From NCBI GenBank assembly GCA_965263355.1, contig CBDHHL010000056.1, positions 992,001 to 1,056,000 on the forward strand: a DNA stretch of 64,000 bases, in the 5' to 3' direction. The position numbers were made by a program, and so were the translations under genes. This stretch comes from Leptolyngbyaceae cyanobacterium. GTDB lineage: Bacteria; Cyanobacteriota; Cyanobacteriia; Phormidesmidales; Phormidesmidaceae. Every line of letters begins with the position of its first letter. Position 1 is the stretch's first letter. Positions 48,756-58,959 of the stretch are shown in pieces. The notes beneath the pieces are model-generated. The model ran no database searches. It was given only the letters and a program-made list of their open reading frames with translations, and was not told the DNA's origin.

Positions 48756-51700
48756 TTATGAGCAATCTCGGCTCATTACCAAGCGACCATCGGACAATAG
48801 ATAAACAGCTTGAGGTTCCGTAAGGAAATCGTCATCATTATTGTTCTGAGTTGTTGCGGCTTCGTCAGGCAAAGAACGTACAGTGCCTGTGGAAAGTGTT
48901 GATAGGTATACTGCAGTTGGCTGTTGTGGCAAACCATCTCTACCTGTTACCACAAATCGTCCACTACCCTGGGCGACAGGAGCAATACAACTACTGGCCA
49001 CCAGTGTGTCAGTATTCACCAGAACGTCCGACAACTCCGTTAGATTGTTTTCGATAAAACTCACGTCTGGAAAGGTAATCGTACCTGACGAGAGCTGGCC
49101 ACTGGCATTAATATCCACCCGACCATTCATATCTAGGTCAGCTAGCTCTGTACCCGATGGAGATGGTACAAAGCCTTGGCCAAAGAAAATCGGTAAGGTG
49201 ATATTTCCGCCAGCACCATCCTGGGCAAAGGCCAAAATATCGCTATCATCTAAGGCAACCAAATAACCAGCAGCAATGACGATATCACCACCATTATCGG
49301 CCCCACTCGCCACATTGGTCAGAATATCCCCATCACCTGACAAAACAATATTACCTGCACTAATGTTGATTGCTCCACCCGCCGACTGCCTGGCGTCTGT
49401 GCGAATATCTCCATCAGTCACTGTTAGTTGAGCGCCAATGTCAATGATAATACTACCTGCGTTTCCTTGTCCAAAGGCCTGAGCACTTACGGTTCCTCCA
49501 TCCTGAATAATTAGCCCTAAGGAACCGCCAGAGTCTCGAATATTAATTTGTCCTGCGTCACCACTGCCCTCTGTCACTGTAAAAATTCCACTTGAAGGTG
49601 GGGTGTCACCGACGTCTTCAGCGGCAGTTCCTGAAATAGGAGCTGCTGCTGCGACTGTGATACTGTCGGCTTCAGAGACAGGTCTTGAGTTAAGAACCTC
49701 ATCTGATTCAGAGGCAAATCTTGAGTCAGGAATCTCATCTGAGGCGGTTGTGATATTGTCATCTTCAGGAGCCGTTCCTGAAATAAGAATTTCATCTGAG
49801 GCGGTGACATTAATATTACCGGCCTGTCCCTCAGCCGATGTGGATGCCACCAGTTGACCTCCATTTAGGAGTTCTACTTGACCAGCCGTAATGTTAACAT
49901 CACCCCCACGGGCATTTCTGGCAGTACTGCTATCAACAGTGGCACCGTTGTTTAACTGCACTAAACGACCCTGAAGGGTAATATCGCCACCGGCTCCAGC
50001 CATTGCCCCCGCTTCGCTAGCGTCCTGTGCGCGTGCCTCTGCGTTAACAGTCCCCTCATTCTGAATCACAATATCCAGATGGCCATTGCCAGCATCCTGA
50101 ATCTTGATCTCACCTGCAGCCCCCATGCCTTCTGTAAAGGCAAACACTCCACTTTGGGCAGGTTCGTCTTCACTTACGGTAGGATCAATACCCGAAATTA
50201 GGACTTCTTCCGATGCGGTGACATTAATACTACCGGCCTGTCCCTCAGCTGATGTGGACGCCACCAGTTGACCTCCATTTAGGAGTTCTACTTGCTCAGC
50301 GGTGATATTAACATCACCCCCACGGGCATTTCGGGCCGTACTGCTATCAACAGTTGCATTGTTGGTTAGCTGCACTGAACGACCCTGAAGGGTAATATCA
50401 CCACCAGTACCAGCCATTGCGCCTGCTTCTTCGCTAGTACCCTGTGCGCGTGCCTCTGCGTTAACAGTTCCCTCATTCTGAATCACGATATCCAGATGGC
50501 CATTGCCATCATCTTGAATAGTGATCTGGCCCGCAGCCCCCATCCCTTCTGTAAAGGTGAATACTCCACTTTGGATAGTGTCGTCTTCACTCACAATAAA
50601 GTTATTATCATCAGCCTTATTCTCAATGAACCCGTCATCTCTAGGATCAATACCCGAAATCAGCAATTCATCTGATGCGGTGATAATAATACTACCCGCC
50701 TGACCACCTGCCGATGTGGACGCTATGAGCTGTGCCCCATCCAGTATCTCTATGTGTTCAGCCGTAATCTCAATATCACCACCTTGAAAATCTCCGTCGC
50801 TACTACTATCAATAATGCCGCCAGTTCCTATCCGTAACGAACGAACATGGAGAACAATGTCACCACCTGCTCCAGAACTATCACCATCATTGCTGACTTC
50901 ACTGTTACTAAAAAATCCACTGGGTGAGTTTCGTAAGTCGTCTGGATCAAATGAACCAAATGTTCCGATTTCAATCGAGTCAGCAGTCACCTCGATCTGT
51001 CCGGCATCGCCTGCTCCTTCAATAGCAAAGACTTTAATCTGACCATTGTCCGAGAGTCTCACAGCATGGGCATTGACAATAACATTACCCGTATTAATAT
51101 TGTTTTCAACGCCTGCATTTGGCCCTTCCACAGAAGCATTGATATCGCTATTCCCGTCAATGATCAAATCCCCTGTGAGAGTAATCTCAATGTTGCCCGG
51201 TTCTCCATTGGCTTTATTAAAAACTTTAATCGCACTGACCTCAATCAAGGTAAGGGAATGGGCATTAATGATTACATCTCCACCAGTTCCTACAGAACCG
51301 CCCTTGACAATAGATTCGATTTTGCCACGGTCGGTCATAAGCATGTCACCGTTGACAGTAATAAAGACAGATCCGGCATCACCAAGGGCATTATCAGAGG
51401 AACTGGACGTAATGCCACTAGATCCAGATTCAACCGGACCATTCATAGTAAATTCATTGACCGTAATGTAAATATCCCCAGCATCACCAGTATCTTCAGT
51501 CGTCGTGGAAATCAAGGCCTGATCACCATTGTCATCATCTACCGGTGTTTCAAATCGTAACGAGTCAGCCACAATTCGAATATCGCCGGAGTCTCCTTGG
51601 CCACCATTATCGTCGACACGATTAGTGATTTGCCCCCCATCTAAAAACAGCTCCCCACCAGCTGTTATAACGGTATCGCCTGTCCCTCCAATGCCCTTAA

Positions 51701-53594
51701 GTTCATTCTCAATTTGAGAGTTTCTGAAATAAATGTCACCATCCACAGTTATATCAATACTGCCACTAAAGCCGCCTACGGCATTCCTGGCTAGAGTGTT
51801 GATAATTTTACTTTTATTAAATGCTTCGAGATCACCGGTCAATACAATGATGACATCCCCAGACTGCCTACCCAAGGTGCCTCTTCTACTATCATAACCA
51901 CCCCCTACATTGGACTTGTTCATCAGGATCAAGTTATGGGCATAGATCCGGACATCGCCATTTTCTCCAGTGTCCCCCTTTAGCTCACTTTCGATGTCAC
52001 TCCTGTCTAGCTCAATATCACCCGCCACGGTCACAAGAACACCGCCACTATCACCGATGGCTCCCCTCGATAACTCAGTGGAAATGTCGCTGTCAAAGGC
52101 ATCGAGATTACCGGTTAACTCGATAATGACATCCCCTGATTGAATGTCCGGTAGGGTGCCATCAAAATCATCATCAACCTCGCTATCATTCTCCGCTTGA
52201 ATCGCACTACCGTTCAGGTTCAAATTATGGGCAGAGATTTGAATATCACCACTACTGCCAATGCCTTCATCGATCAGATTTTTAATTTCGGTATCCTCTA
52301 GATCAATATCACCAGCCACAGTCACAACAATATCGCCAATGCTCCCTTGAGCATCTTCAGATAGTTGGTTAATAATTTCACTGTCGCTAAACGTCTGAAG
52401 ATTTCCAGTTAGGTCGATAATAATATCTCCTGACTGGCTGTTGGGTGAGCCTGCTTCGTCATCAAAACCACTGGTAATTTTACTCTCATTCATTAGGGTT
52501 AGATTACGAGCAGAGATTTGAATATCACCACTACTGCCAATGCCCTCGATCTCGCTGTTGATTTCGGTATTATCTAGGGTAATATCGCCGACAACGGTCA
52601 AAACAATATTGCCGATGGTGCCTTGGGCATCGTCGTCTAGTTTATTAGAAATCTCGCTGTTAGTCGCTTGGAGATTACCCGTTAGGTCAATAATAATATC
52701 CCCTGACTCACTGTTGGGTGTGTCTCCCTGGTCTCGTAACCCTGCGTCAAGTTCACTATCGTTTAGGGTTAAATCATGGGCATAAATTCGAATACTACCG
52801 CCATCATTACCGTCTACTTGAAGTTCGACATCATTTACGATGTCAACATCTGCACGCACAGCATTCTCGGGAAATTGGAGCATGCCTTCGGGCGAAAACT
52901 CCACCCGTCCAGGGGCAGCCAAGCCACCAAGTTCAATTAATCCTTCACGGGCTCGAACCCTGGTGTCTTCATTTTCTAAGATGACCTTTCCACCTACAAG
53001 TTGAAATGCTTCACCTCGCTCCATTTCTAATCGCCCCTGGCTACTGATTTCATTGGGGACCAACTGATTAAAGATCAGGGCAGACGGTTGGATGACGAGT
53101 AAACTATCGGGAGGTGCGATCGGGTCTTGAGTACCAAAGAGAAACTCCTCTCCAAATTCGATACCATCGGCAGTGGAGGCCAGAAATGAGCCCTCCATAT
53201 CGAGTTCGGCATTAGGACCGATAAAAATACCGTTGGGGTTAATTAGGAAAAAGTCTGCATCTTCAGAGATACTCAACGTACCTAAGATGTCAGACATGTT
53301 AGCGCCTGTGACACGGGTAAAGATAGTTGCAATACTGTCATCGAGAGAGAACTCTACTGTCTGGCCCTCATCGATACTAAATTCTGAAAAACTGTGGAAC
53401 AGGTTGGAACCTCGGGCTGCGCCACCTTCTACCAGGTCGGCATTAAACTGGGAGTTCTCGAGCCCGAGGGTATTATCAGGGATAATGTCTGCGCGAAGGA
53501 TGGGACAAAGTACTACTTGACTCAAGAAACTGATGAATACAGCGATACTGGTTCGTGTAGTACCTTTTTTCCAGTTTTGCCAGTTCGTAATCAT
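48756..53594 (-). CDS. filamentous haemagglutinin-family (TpsA-like) exoprotein
   Basis: Signal peptide; TPS domain NLFHSFSEF and FFLINPNGI; beta-helix repeats; C-terminal FVVTGRDGLP. Confidence 0.92.
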   Translation of the reverse strand: MITNWQNWKKGTTRTSIAVFISFLSQVVLCPILRADIIPDNTLGLENSQFNADLVEGGAARGSNLFHSFSEFSIDEGQTVEFSLDDSIATIFTRVTGANMSDILGTLSISEDADFFLINPNGIFIGPNAELDMEGSFLASTADGIEFGEEFLFGTQDPIAPPDSLLVIQPSALIFNQLVPNEISSQGRLEMERGEAFQLVGGKVILENEDTRVRAREGLIELGGLAAPGRVEFSPEGMLQFPENAVRADVDIVNDVELQVDGNDGGSIRIYAHDLTLNDSELDAGLRDQGDTPNSESGDIIIDLTGNLQATNSEISNKLDDDAQGTIGNIVLTVVGDITLDNTEINSEIEGIGSSGDIQISARNLTLMNESKITSGFDDEAGSPNSQSGDIIIDLTGNLQTFSDSEIINQLSEDAQGSIGDIVVTVAGDIDLEDTEIKNLIDEGIGSSGDIQISAHNLNLNGSAIQAENDSEVDDDFDGTLPDIQSGDVIIELTGNLDAFDSDISTELSRGAIGDSGGVLVTVAGDIELDRSDIESELKGDTGENGDVRIYAHNLILMNKSNVGGGYDSRRGTLGRQSGDVIIVLTGDLEAFNKSKIINTLARNAVGGFSGSIDITVDGDIYFRNSQIENELKGIGGTGDTVITAGGELFLDGGQITNRVDDNGGQGDSGDIRIVADSLRFETPVDDDNGDQALISTTTEDTGDAGDIYITVNEFTMNGPVESGSSGITSSSSDNALGDAGSVFITVNGDMLMTDRGKIESIVKGGSVGTGGDVIINAHSLTLIEVSAIKVFNKANGEPGNIEITLTGDLIIDGNSDINASVEGPNAGVENNINTGNVIVNAHAVRLSDNGQIKVFAIEGAGDAGQIEVTADSIEIGTFGSFDPDDLRNSPSGFFSNSEVSNDGDSSGAGGDIVLHVRSLRIGTGGIIDSSSDGDFQGGDIEITAEHIEILDGAQLIASTSAGGQAGSIIITASDELLISGIDPRDDGFIENKADDNNFIVSEDDTIQSGVFTFTEGMGAAGQITIQDDGNGHLDIVIQNEGTVNAEARAQGTSEEAGAMAGTGGDITLQGRSVQLTNNATVDSSTARNARGGDVNITAEQVELLNGGQLVASTSAEGQAGSINVTASEEVLISGIDPTVSEDEPAQSGVFAFTEGMGAAGEIKIQDAGNGHLDIVIQNEGTVNAEARAQDASEAGAMAGAGGDITLQGRLVQLNNGATVDSSTARNARGGDVNITAGQVELLNGGQLVASTSAEGQAGNINVTASDEILISGTAPEDDNITTASDEIPDSRFASESDEVLNSRPVSEADSITVAAAAPISGTAAEDVGDTPPSSGIFTVTEGSGDAGQINIRDSGGSLGLIIQDGGTVSAQAFGQGNAGSIIIDIGAQLTVTDGDIRTDARQSAGGAINISAGNIVLSGDGDILTNVASGADNGGDIVIAAGYLVALDDSDILAFAQDGAGGNITLPIFFGQGFVPSPSGTELADLDMNGRVDINASGQLSSGTITFPDVSFIENNLTELSDVLVNTDTLVASSCIAPVAQGSGRFVVTGRDGLPQQPTAVYLSTLSTGTVRSLPDEAATTQNNNDDDFLTEPQAVYLLSDGRLVMSRDCS

Positions 53595-53993
53595 CAGTTT
53601 CTCCTCCTTACTCAGGATTTAGCATGAAAAAATGGCATGCCAAAAGCATATCAGTGACTTGGAGGTGTTGATCATGGGTTAATGAAAATAATTAAATTTT
53701 TCTACGAAGTAGACCAGTTCAATCCTTGGCATGCCCCACCTACACAACCTGAATATATTCAGCTCAACTGGGAACCGCTGGCTATAGTTAGGGTGCTGGA
53801 TTTAATCCTGACGGCTGGCTCAATTGCTGGAGGAAGTGAAGGAATTCATGACATTAGCAAAAACCTCAGTCACCTTTTTCCGGACATACCGCCAAAATTA
53901 TTGATTTTGTCCAATCTATTAGGCAAGATCTCGTATAGTTTTCGCTAAGCATTAGGAATTAACACCGGGGTTGCTGTTAAAGACATTCAGGAG

Positions 53994-54836
53994 GTGATCC
54001 CCATGGTTAATATCCATCAGCTACTAAATCATTTTATTGATACTGAGCAGGAACTCTGCCAGTCCGACTTTTTGGCTCCCTGTGTACGGCAGGGCTGTCT
54101 ACGTACCCGTGTGAATGGGTTGGTGTATACCTTTAATTTAAAGGGATGGCCGTTTGAAGGTTGGGGGGTGTTTCGTCCGGCAACGTTTGAGACGGCAACG
54201 TTGGTGATGGAAGCTAATTTGCCCCAGGTGGAGCAGTACTTGACACCACTGCCTGCTTTTCGACTGCGTCTGTTGTATCGGCTGCAACATTGTAGCTGGT
54301 TGGCCTATCCCACCAATGAATCGGATGCTCGACAGCGGTTAGGGCAGGTAAAGCCTGTAGTAGTACACCTTGTGTCTGAGGGGGGTGCCTTTGATCAGGT
54401 CATTGCTCGCTGGGATGGGAATGCGTTTTGGTTTGATCAGGTGGATCGCCGAGCGGATGTGGCAATTGCGCCCTATCTCCGTCAATCTCTCACTGACGAA
54501 ACCTGGCCTGATGATCTTCGCATCAAGGGCCTCACCCCAGAGGATCGGACAGCCTATGACCTGGCTATCCAGCATATACCTGGATTTTTTCCGGAAAAGC
54601 AAGATGAACAACGGTTACGTCGGGCACTCAAAACTGGTGGTGGTAATCTGCAACAGTTTCAGGATCAGGGAGACTTTTGGACGGTCCATTGGACGACGGC
54701 AGATGGTGAATATCACACGAGTGCCATTGCTAAGGATGATCTGACGGTGATTAGCGCAGGAATTTGTTTGAGCGATCGCGATCGCGACTTTGATCTGCAA
54801 TCCCTGGTCGGTGTAGTAGAGAAGAGTGATCTGTAG
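53994..54836 (+). CDS. hypothetical protein linked to ThiF
   Basis: FLAPCV...FEGWGVF...SAGICLSDRDRDFDLQSLVGVVE; RBS AGGAGG. Confidence 0.82.
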   Translation: MIPMVNIHQLLNHFIDTEQELCQSDFLAPCVRQGCLRTRVNGLVYTFNLKGWPFEGWGVFRPATFETATLVMEANLPQVEQYLTPLPAFRLRLLYRLQHCSWLAYPTNESDARQRLGQVKPVVVHLVSEGGAFDQVIARWDGNAFWFDQVDRRADVAIAPYLRQSLTDETWPDDLRIKGLTPEDRTAYDLAIQHIPGFFPEKQDEQRLRRALKTGGGNLQQFQDQGDFWTVHWTTADGEYHTSAIAKDDLTVISAGICLSDRDRDFDLQSLVGVVEKSDL

Positions 54837-54877
54837 GCTTCAACTTCGCTCAGCCTACAGAGACGGAGGAGATAACG

Positions 54878-55510
54878 ATGACATATTTGTTTCATGAGCG
54901 ACTGGCTCGATCGACTAAGGCGATGGAGCAGCTAAGGCAGTCTGCTGTGACGATCTGTGGTGCCGGTGCCTTGGGTGGAAATATTGCTGAGACACTGGTG
55001 CGATCTGGGGTAGGGCAGTTGAAGGTGATTGATTGCGATCGCATCGAAGAACGCAACCTGTCCACCCAGCCCTACACTCGTGCGGATGTAGGAGGCTTTA
55101 AGGCCAAGGTGTTAGCCAATAGCTTGTATCGAGCTGTGGGGACCCTGGCCGAGGCAGAAACCAAGCGATTCACCGCAGCCAATGGTCATAAGCTGTTAGG
55201 TAGCCCTAATTTGGTGATCGATGCTTTTGACAACAGCGGTTCTCGTCAAGCTGTTAAAGATAGCTGTAACAAAATTCACGTACCTTGTCTGCATGCAGGG
55301 TTGAGCGAAGACTACGCTGAAGTGATTTGGAATCCTTTATATAAAGTCCCTTCACCTGCCAATGATGATATGTGCGATTATCCTTTGAGTCGGACTTTGG
55401 TCATGCTCACGGCTACTGTGACTGCAGAAGTCGCTATCCGTTTCTTGATTGATGGAACGACTCAGAGTTTCACAATGACTCAAAAAGACTTTTCCATTAC
55501 GCCTTTTTAG
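54878..55510 (+). CDS. ThiF/E1-like adenylyltransferase
   Basis: ICGAGALGG, IDCDRIEERNLSTQ and VIDAFDN motifs. Confidence 0.9.
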   Translation: MTYLFHERLARSTKAMEQLRQSAVTICGAGALGGNIAETLVRSGVGQLKVIDCDRIEERNLSTQPYTRADVGGFKAKVLANSLYRAVGTLAEAETKRFTAANGHKLLGSPNLVIDAFDNSGSRQAVKDSCNKIHVPCLHAGLSEDYAEVIWNPLYKVPSPANDDMCDYPLSRTLVMLTATVTAEVAIRFLIDGTTQSFTMTQKDFSITPF

Positions 55511-55569
55511 ATCAAGGAATTGCAATGATTACTTAGGGAGTGTCATGATAAATGATGCTTTATAACTGG

Positions 55570-56241
55570 TCACAACAGCCGACCATCTTCCATTTTGATA
55601 ATACGATCAGCAACATCAAAAAAACGATGGTCATGGGTTACCATCAAAATCGTTGTGCCGTCCCCCTTGGCCAAGTGCTGAAATAGGTCTATGACTGTTC
55701 GACCTGTTTTACTATCCAGGGCAGCGGTAGGTTCATCTGCCAAAATTAGGGGTGGGCAGCTGACCAGGGCACGGGCAATGGCGACCCGCTGCTTTTGGCC
55801 ACCGGAGAGATTTTGGGGATAGTAATTTGCTCGGTTGCCCAGCCCTACGGACTGGAGCATGGCCTTGGCGCGATCGCAAGCCGCACGGGAAGATACATTT
55901 TCATGAAGTTCCACCGACATTTGAACATTTTGTCGAGCCGTCATAAAGGGCAATAAATTGTGCCCTTGGAAAATATAGCCAATGTGTCGTCGCACCTGGA
56001 TTAGTTGCTTCTCAGAGGCACCGTAGAGTTCTTTACCGACGGATAGTAGTCGCCCCGTTTGCACCGAGCGTAAGCCCCCAATCAGTGATAACAACGTGGT
56101 TTTTCCTGATCCTGAAGCCCCAGTGAGAATAACCATCTCCCCTCGAGAGAGATTTAAATTAATATCAAATAAAACTTGCTGACGCAGTTCCTGTTGACCG
56201 TAAAAATGATTGAGATTGCCAATGTGAACGGTTGTTTCCAT
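55570..56241 (-). CDS. devA: DevA-family ABC exporter ATP-binding protein
   Basis: [17 protein letters not shown] and [10 protein letters not shown] motifs. Confidence 0.88.
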   Translation of the reverse strand: METTVHIGNLNHFYGQQELRQQVLFDINLNLSRGEMVILTGASGSGKTTLLSLIGGLRSVQTGRLLSVGKELYGASEKQLIQVRRHIGYIFQGHNLLPFMTARQNVQMSVELHENVSSRAACDRAKAMLQSVGLGNRANYYPQNLSGGQKQRVAIARALVSCPPLILADEPTAALDSKTGRTVIDLFQHLAKGDGTTILMVTHDHRFFDVADRIIKMEDGRLL

Positions 56242-56282
56242 TGTCTTGTTCTCGCTGCTGTGTTTAGGTTATAGACACATTA

Positions 56283-57455
56283 CTAAAACACATCTGCCGG
56301 ATCCGCATCTTGGAGTTTTTGCATGGCGATGGCTCCAGCCATAAAGCACATCATGCCGGTTAGGAGCAACACGGCAAAGGCTTTGGGTAGGGTCATGACG
56401 ATGGGCAAAGAGGTGGCATCCCTAGAAATTTTGTAGGAGATGAGGGCAATGATCACGCCTTGGACATAGCCCAATACGGCCAAAATAACAGATTGCTGGA
56501 ACACCAGGGACAAAAGATAGGGATGGGTATATCCCATAGCCTTTAAGGTGGCATATTCTGGAAGATAGTTGGTGACATTGGTATATAGGATTTGATACAC
56601 CACCACAATGCCAACAATGATGGCCAAAGCAACACTCAGATTAAATACAAAGCCGATGGCGGTGCTGCTTTGCCAATAGGTTTTCTCAAATTGGATAAAT
56701 TCTTTTTTAGACAAAACGTTCACATCATCGGGCAGTGCTTGTCTGATTTTATCCACCAGGTGGTCCACGTCAGTGCCTGGTTTAAGTTTAATCAGGCCCA
56801 CTTCAATCAGTCCTTGAGGGCGATGACTAAAGATTCTGAAAAAGTTTAAATGGCTGGTGATTAGATTCCCATCGGCCCCAAAGGATGTGCCGAGTTTAAA
56901 TAATCCGGTAACGGTAACACCCCGGTTAGCTTGGCCTCGGCTGCCCAGTTCGGTGGTAATGGTATGGCCTGCTTTAAAAGTCTCCGCTACGGGGCCAAAT
57001 TCAGACCGTGAGGCTTGATCAAACAACACCCGATCCGGCAGCTGGAGAGTTCTTAAGTTGTTTTCAACCCCAGGGAGGTTAAAGACTCCGCTCCTGAGTT
57101 TAAAACCGATGACATAAATAGGACGCCAATAGTTACGGGTCTCTGGATGTCGCCATTGGGCAAAGGCTAGATAAATGGGAGTAACAAAATCAACTTCTTC
57201 AAAGGCTAAGGTTTGATCCAGTCGCCGTTCAGAAAAACTTTCCATGGCAGTGAGCGATGTTGAGCGAGGGCTAACCAGAAAAATATCGCCTTGCCAACTT
57301 TTATGGAGATGAACAGCACTGTCAAATAGGGCTTCGCGAAATCCCAGTTGCATAAAGATCATAACCACGGCAAACACGATGCCGGATACGGCAACAGTTG
57401 TGCGGCGATAGTCGTGTTTTAGCTGTAGCCAGGCCACCGGTAATTTGGTGTTCAT
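56283..57455 (-). CDS. devC: DevC-family ABC exporter permease
   Basis: AWLQL, FMQLGF, GTSFGADGNL and EYATLKAMGY...ADPADVF. Confidence 0.88.
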   Translation of the reverse strand: MNTKLPVAWLQLKHDYRRTTVAVSGIVFAVVMIFMQLGFREALFDSAVHLHKSWQGDIFLVSPRSTSLTAMESFSERRLDQTLAFEEVDFVTPIYLAFAQWRHPETRNYWRPIYVIGFKLRSGVFNLPGVENNLRTLQLPDRVLFDQASRSEFGPVAETFKAGHTITTELGSRGQANRGVTVTGLFKLGTSFGADGNLITSHLNFFRIFSHRPQGLIEVGLIKLKPGTDVDHLVDKIRQALPDDVNVLSKKEFIQFEKTYWQSSTAIGFVFNLSVALAIIVGIVVVYQILYTNVTNYLPEYATLKAMGYTHPYLLSLVFQQSVILAVLGYVQGVIIALISYKISRDATSLPIVMTLPKAFAVLLLTGMMCFMAGAIAMQKLQDADPADVF

Positions 57456-58837
57456 GGGTTTGCACCAGAGACATCGATCACGGCATGAATTTCTAAGTTG
57501 GTTAGCCCAGACACGCGTTGACTCTCCTGGAGACGAATTTTGACTTCCACTACCCGAGCATCGGCGTCAGCGGCGGGATCCGTTCCCAGCACATCCCGTT
57601 TAGCGATTTGAATACCCAGGTCTTCCACCACCCCCTGTAATGTGCCAGGAAAGCCATCGCTGGTAATGGTGGCGGTTTGGCCCACTCTGACCTGATGGAT
57701 GTCCGTTTCGTATACTTCTGCGATCGCATACATTTGGTCAGTTGCTCCCAACTCCAAGATGCCATCGCGACCAATGATTTCCCCCGGCCAGGTTTGGATC
57801 TTGAGGATTTGACCCGCCTGGGGGGCTTTGACGTAGGCTAAGTCCAAATGGGTTTGGGCCTCTTCCACCGCTGCAATCGCCCGAGATAACTCAGCTTCTG
57901 CCAGGGTGACATCCACCGTACGCACTTCAGCAATCGCCCCTAACCTGGCGTCGGATTCGACAATTTGTTGTTCTAAGGTGGTGACTGTTCGATTTAAATT
58001 GGCCTTTGCTTCGCCAATGTCCTTGGTTAAGGTGTCCACCGTCTGCACTAACCTGGCATTGGCTTCCTGTAACTGTTCTCCCACAGCAGTAGCCTCTAGA
58101 CAAACACTTTCATACAGAGACGTAGAAACAGCGCCATCTGCATGTAACGACTGGTAGCGGCGACATTCTTTTTCTGCAGTTATTAATTCAGCATTCAATC
58201 GCTCAATCGTTTCCGCTTGGGTATTTTGTTCGCCCCTGAGACGTGCCTGCAAACTATCAATAGTGGCTTCTTGGGTGGAAATTTGGCCTTGCAGTTCAGC
58301 GGCTAACCGTTCAGTCGTAGCGGCTTGGGCGTTGATACTGCCTGACTTTGCACCGGCTTTGACTTGAGCAACATTAGCCCTAGCAATACTAACCTGTTGC
58401 TGGGCCAAGTTAACTGCAGCAGCTAAGCGATCGCGACTATCTAAAATCGCAACTACATCCCCTGATTGGACCCTGTCACCTCTCTTCACCAGTAGTTGCT
58501 CAACCCTGGCTCCCTCTCTAAATGCTGGGGCAGACATCTGAATAACTTCTCCCTTGGGTTCCAGGTAACCCGACGCGGAGATGGCCTCCATGGGATAACC
58601 GTCAGTGACATCAAGCGTTGCCGTCTCTGGTTGCGTAGTCGTCTTTGCGCCTGAAGATTCGTTTGATCGAGGCAGCCCAAACCACAGGGTAACCATGGTC
58701 GAAACGACGGCTGTCACAACGCTTAAGGCTACCATTGTCGATGCCAGAAGCCACCGATTGGCATCAAGCTTTTGCAATGGAATTCCTAATTCAGTCAGGC
58801 TAGCCCCAGGGTGAGTAATCCACTGGCGAATGTTCAT
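57452..58837 (-). CDS. devB: DevB-family membrane fusion protein
   Basis: GYLEPKGEV, long coiled coil, AEVYETDI and DARVVEVKIRL. Confidence 0.88.
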   Translation of the reverse strand: MNIRQWITHPGASLTELGIPLQKLDANRWLLASTMVALSVVTAVVSTMVTLWFGLPRSNESSGAKTTTQPETATLDVTDGYPMEAISASGYLEPKGEVIQMSAPAFREGARVEQLLVKRGDRVQSGDVVAILDSRDRLAAAVNLAQQQVSIARANVAQVKAGAKSGSINAQAATTERLAAELQGQISTQEATIDSLQARLRGEQNTQAETIERLNAELITAEKECRRYQSLHADGAVSTSLYESVCLEATAVGEQLQEANARLVQTVDTLTKDIGEAKANLNRTVTTLEQQIVESDARLGAIAEVRTVDVTLAEAELSRAIAAVEEAQTHLDLAYVKAPQAGQILKIQTWPGEIIGRDGILELGATDQMYAIAEVYETDIHQVRVGQTATITSDGFPGTLQGVVEDLGIQIAKRDVLGTDPAADADARVVEVKIRLQESQRVSGLTNLEIHAVIDVSGANP

Positions 58838-58959
58838 GGAAGTTCAGTATTCCTATATTCAGTCACTAGCAGCAATAGGTGGAATTAATGATTAACCAAA
58901 CTAAATGACTCGTCCGCTAATATACCCACAGCTTGGGAAGCATCATCATCCTTTAAAGT

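Noticed and set aside
53682..53948. 88-aa ORF
   Set aside because: Looks like a gene fragment with no supportable product call.
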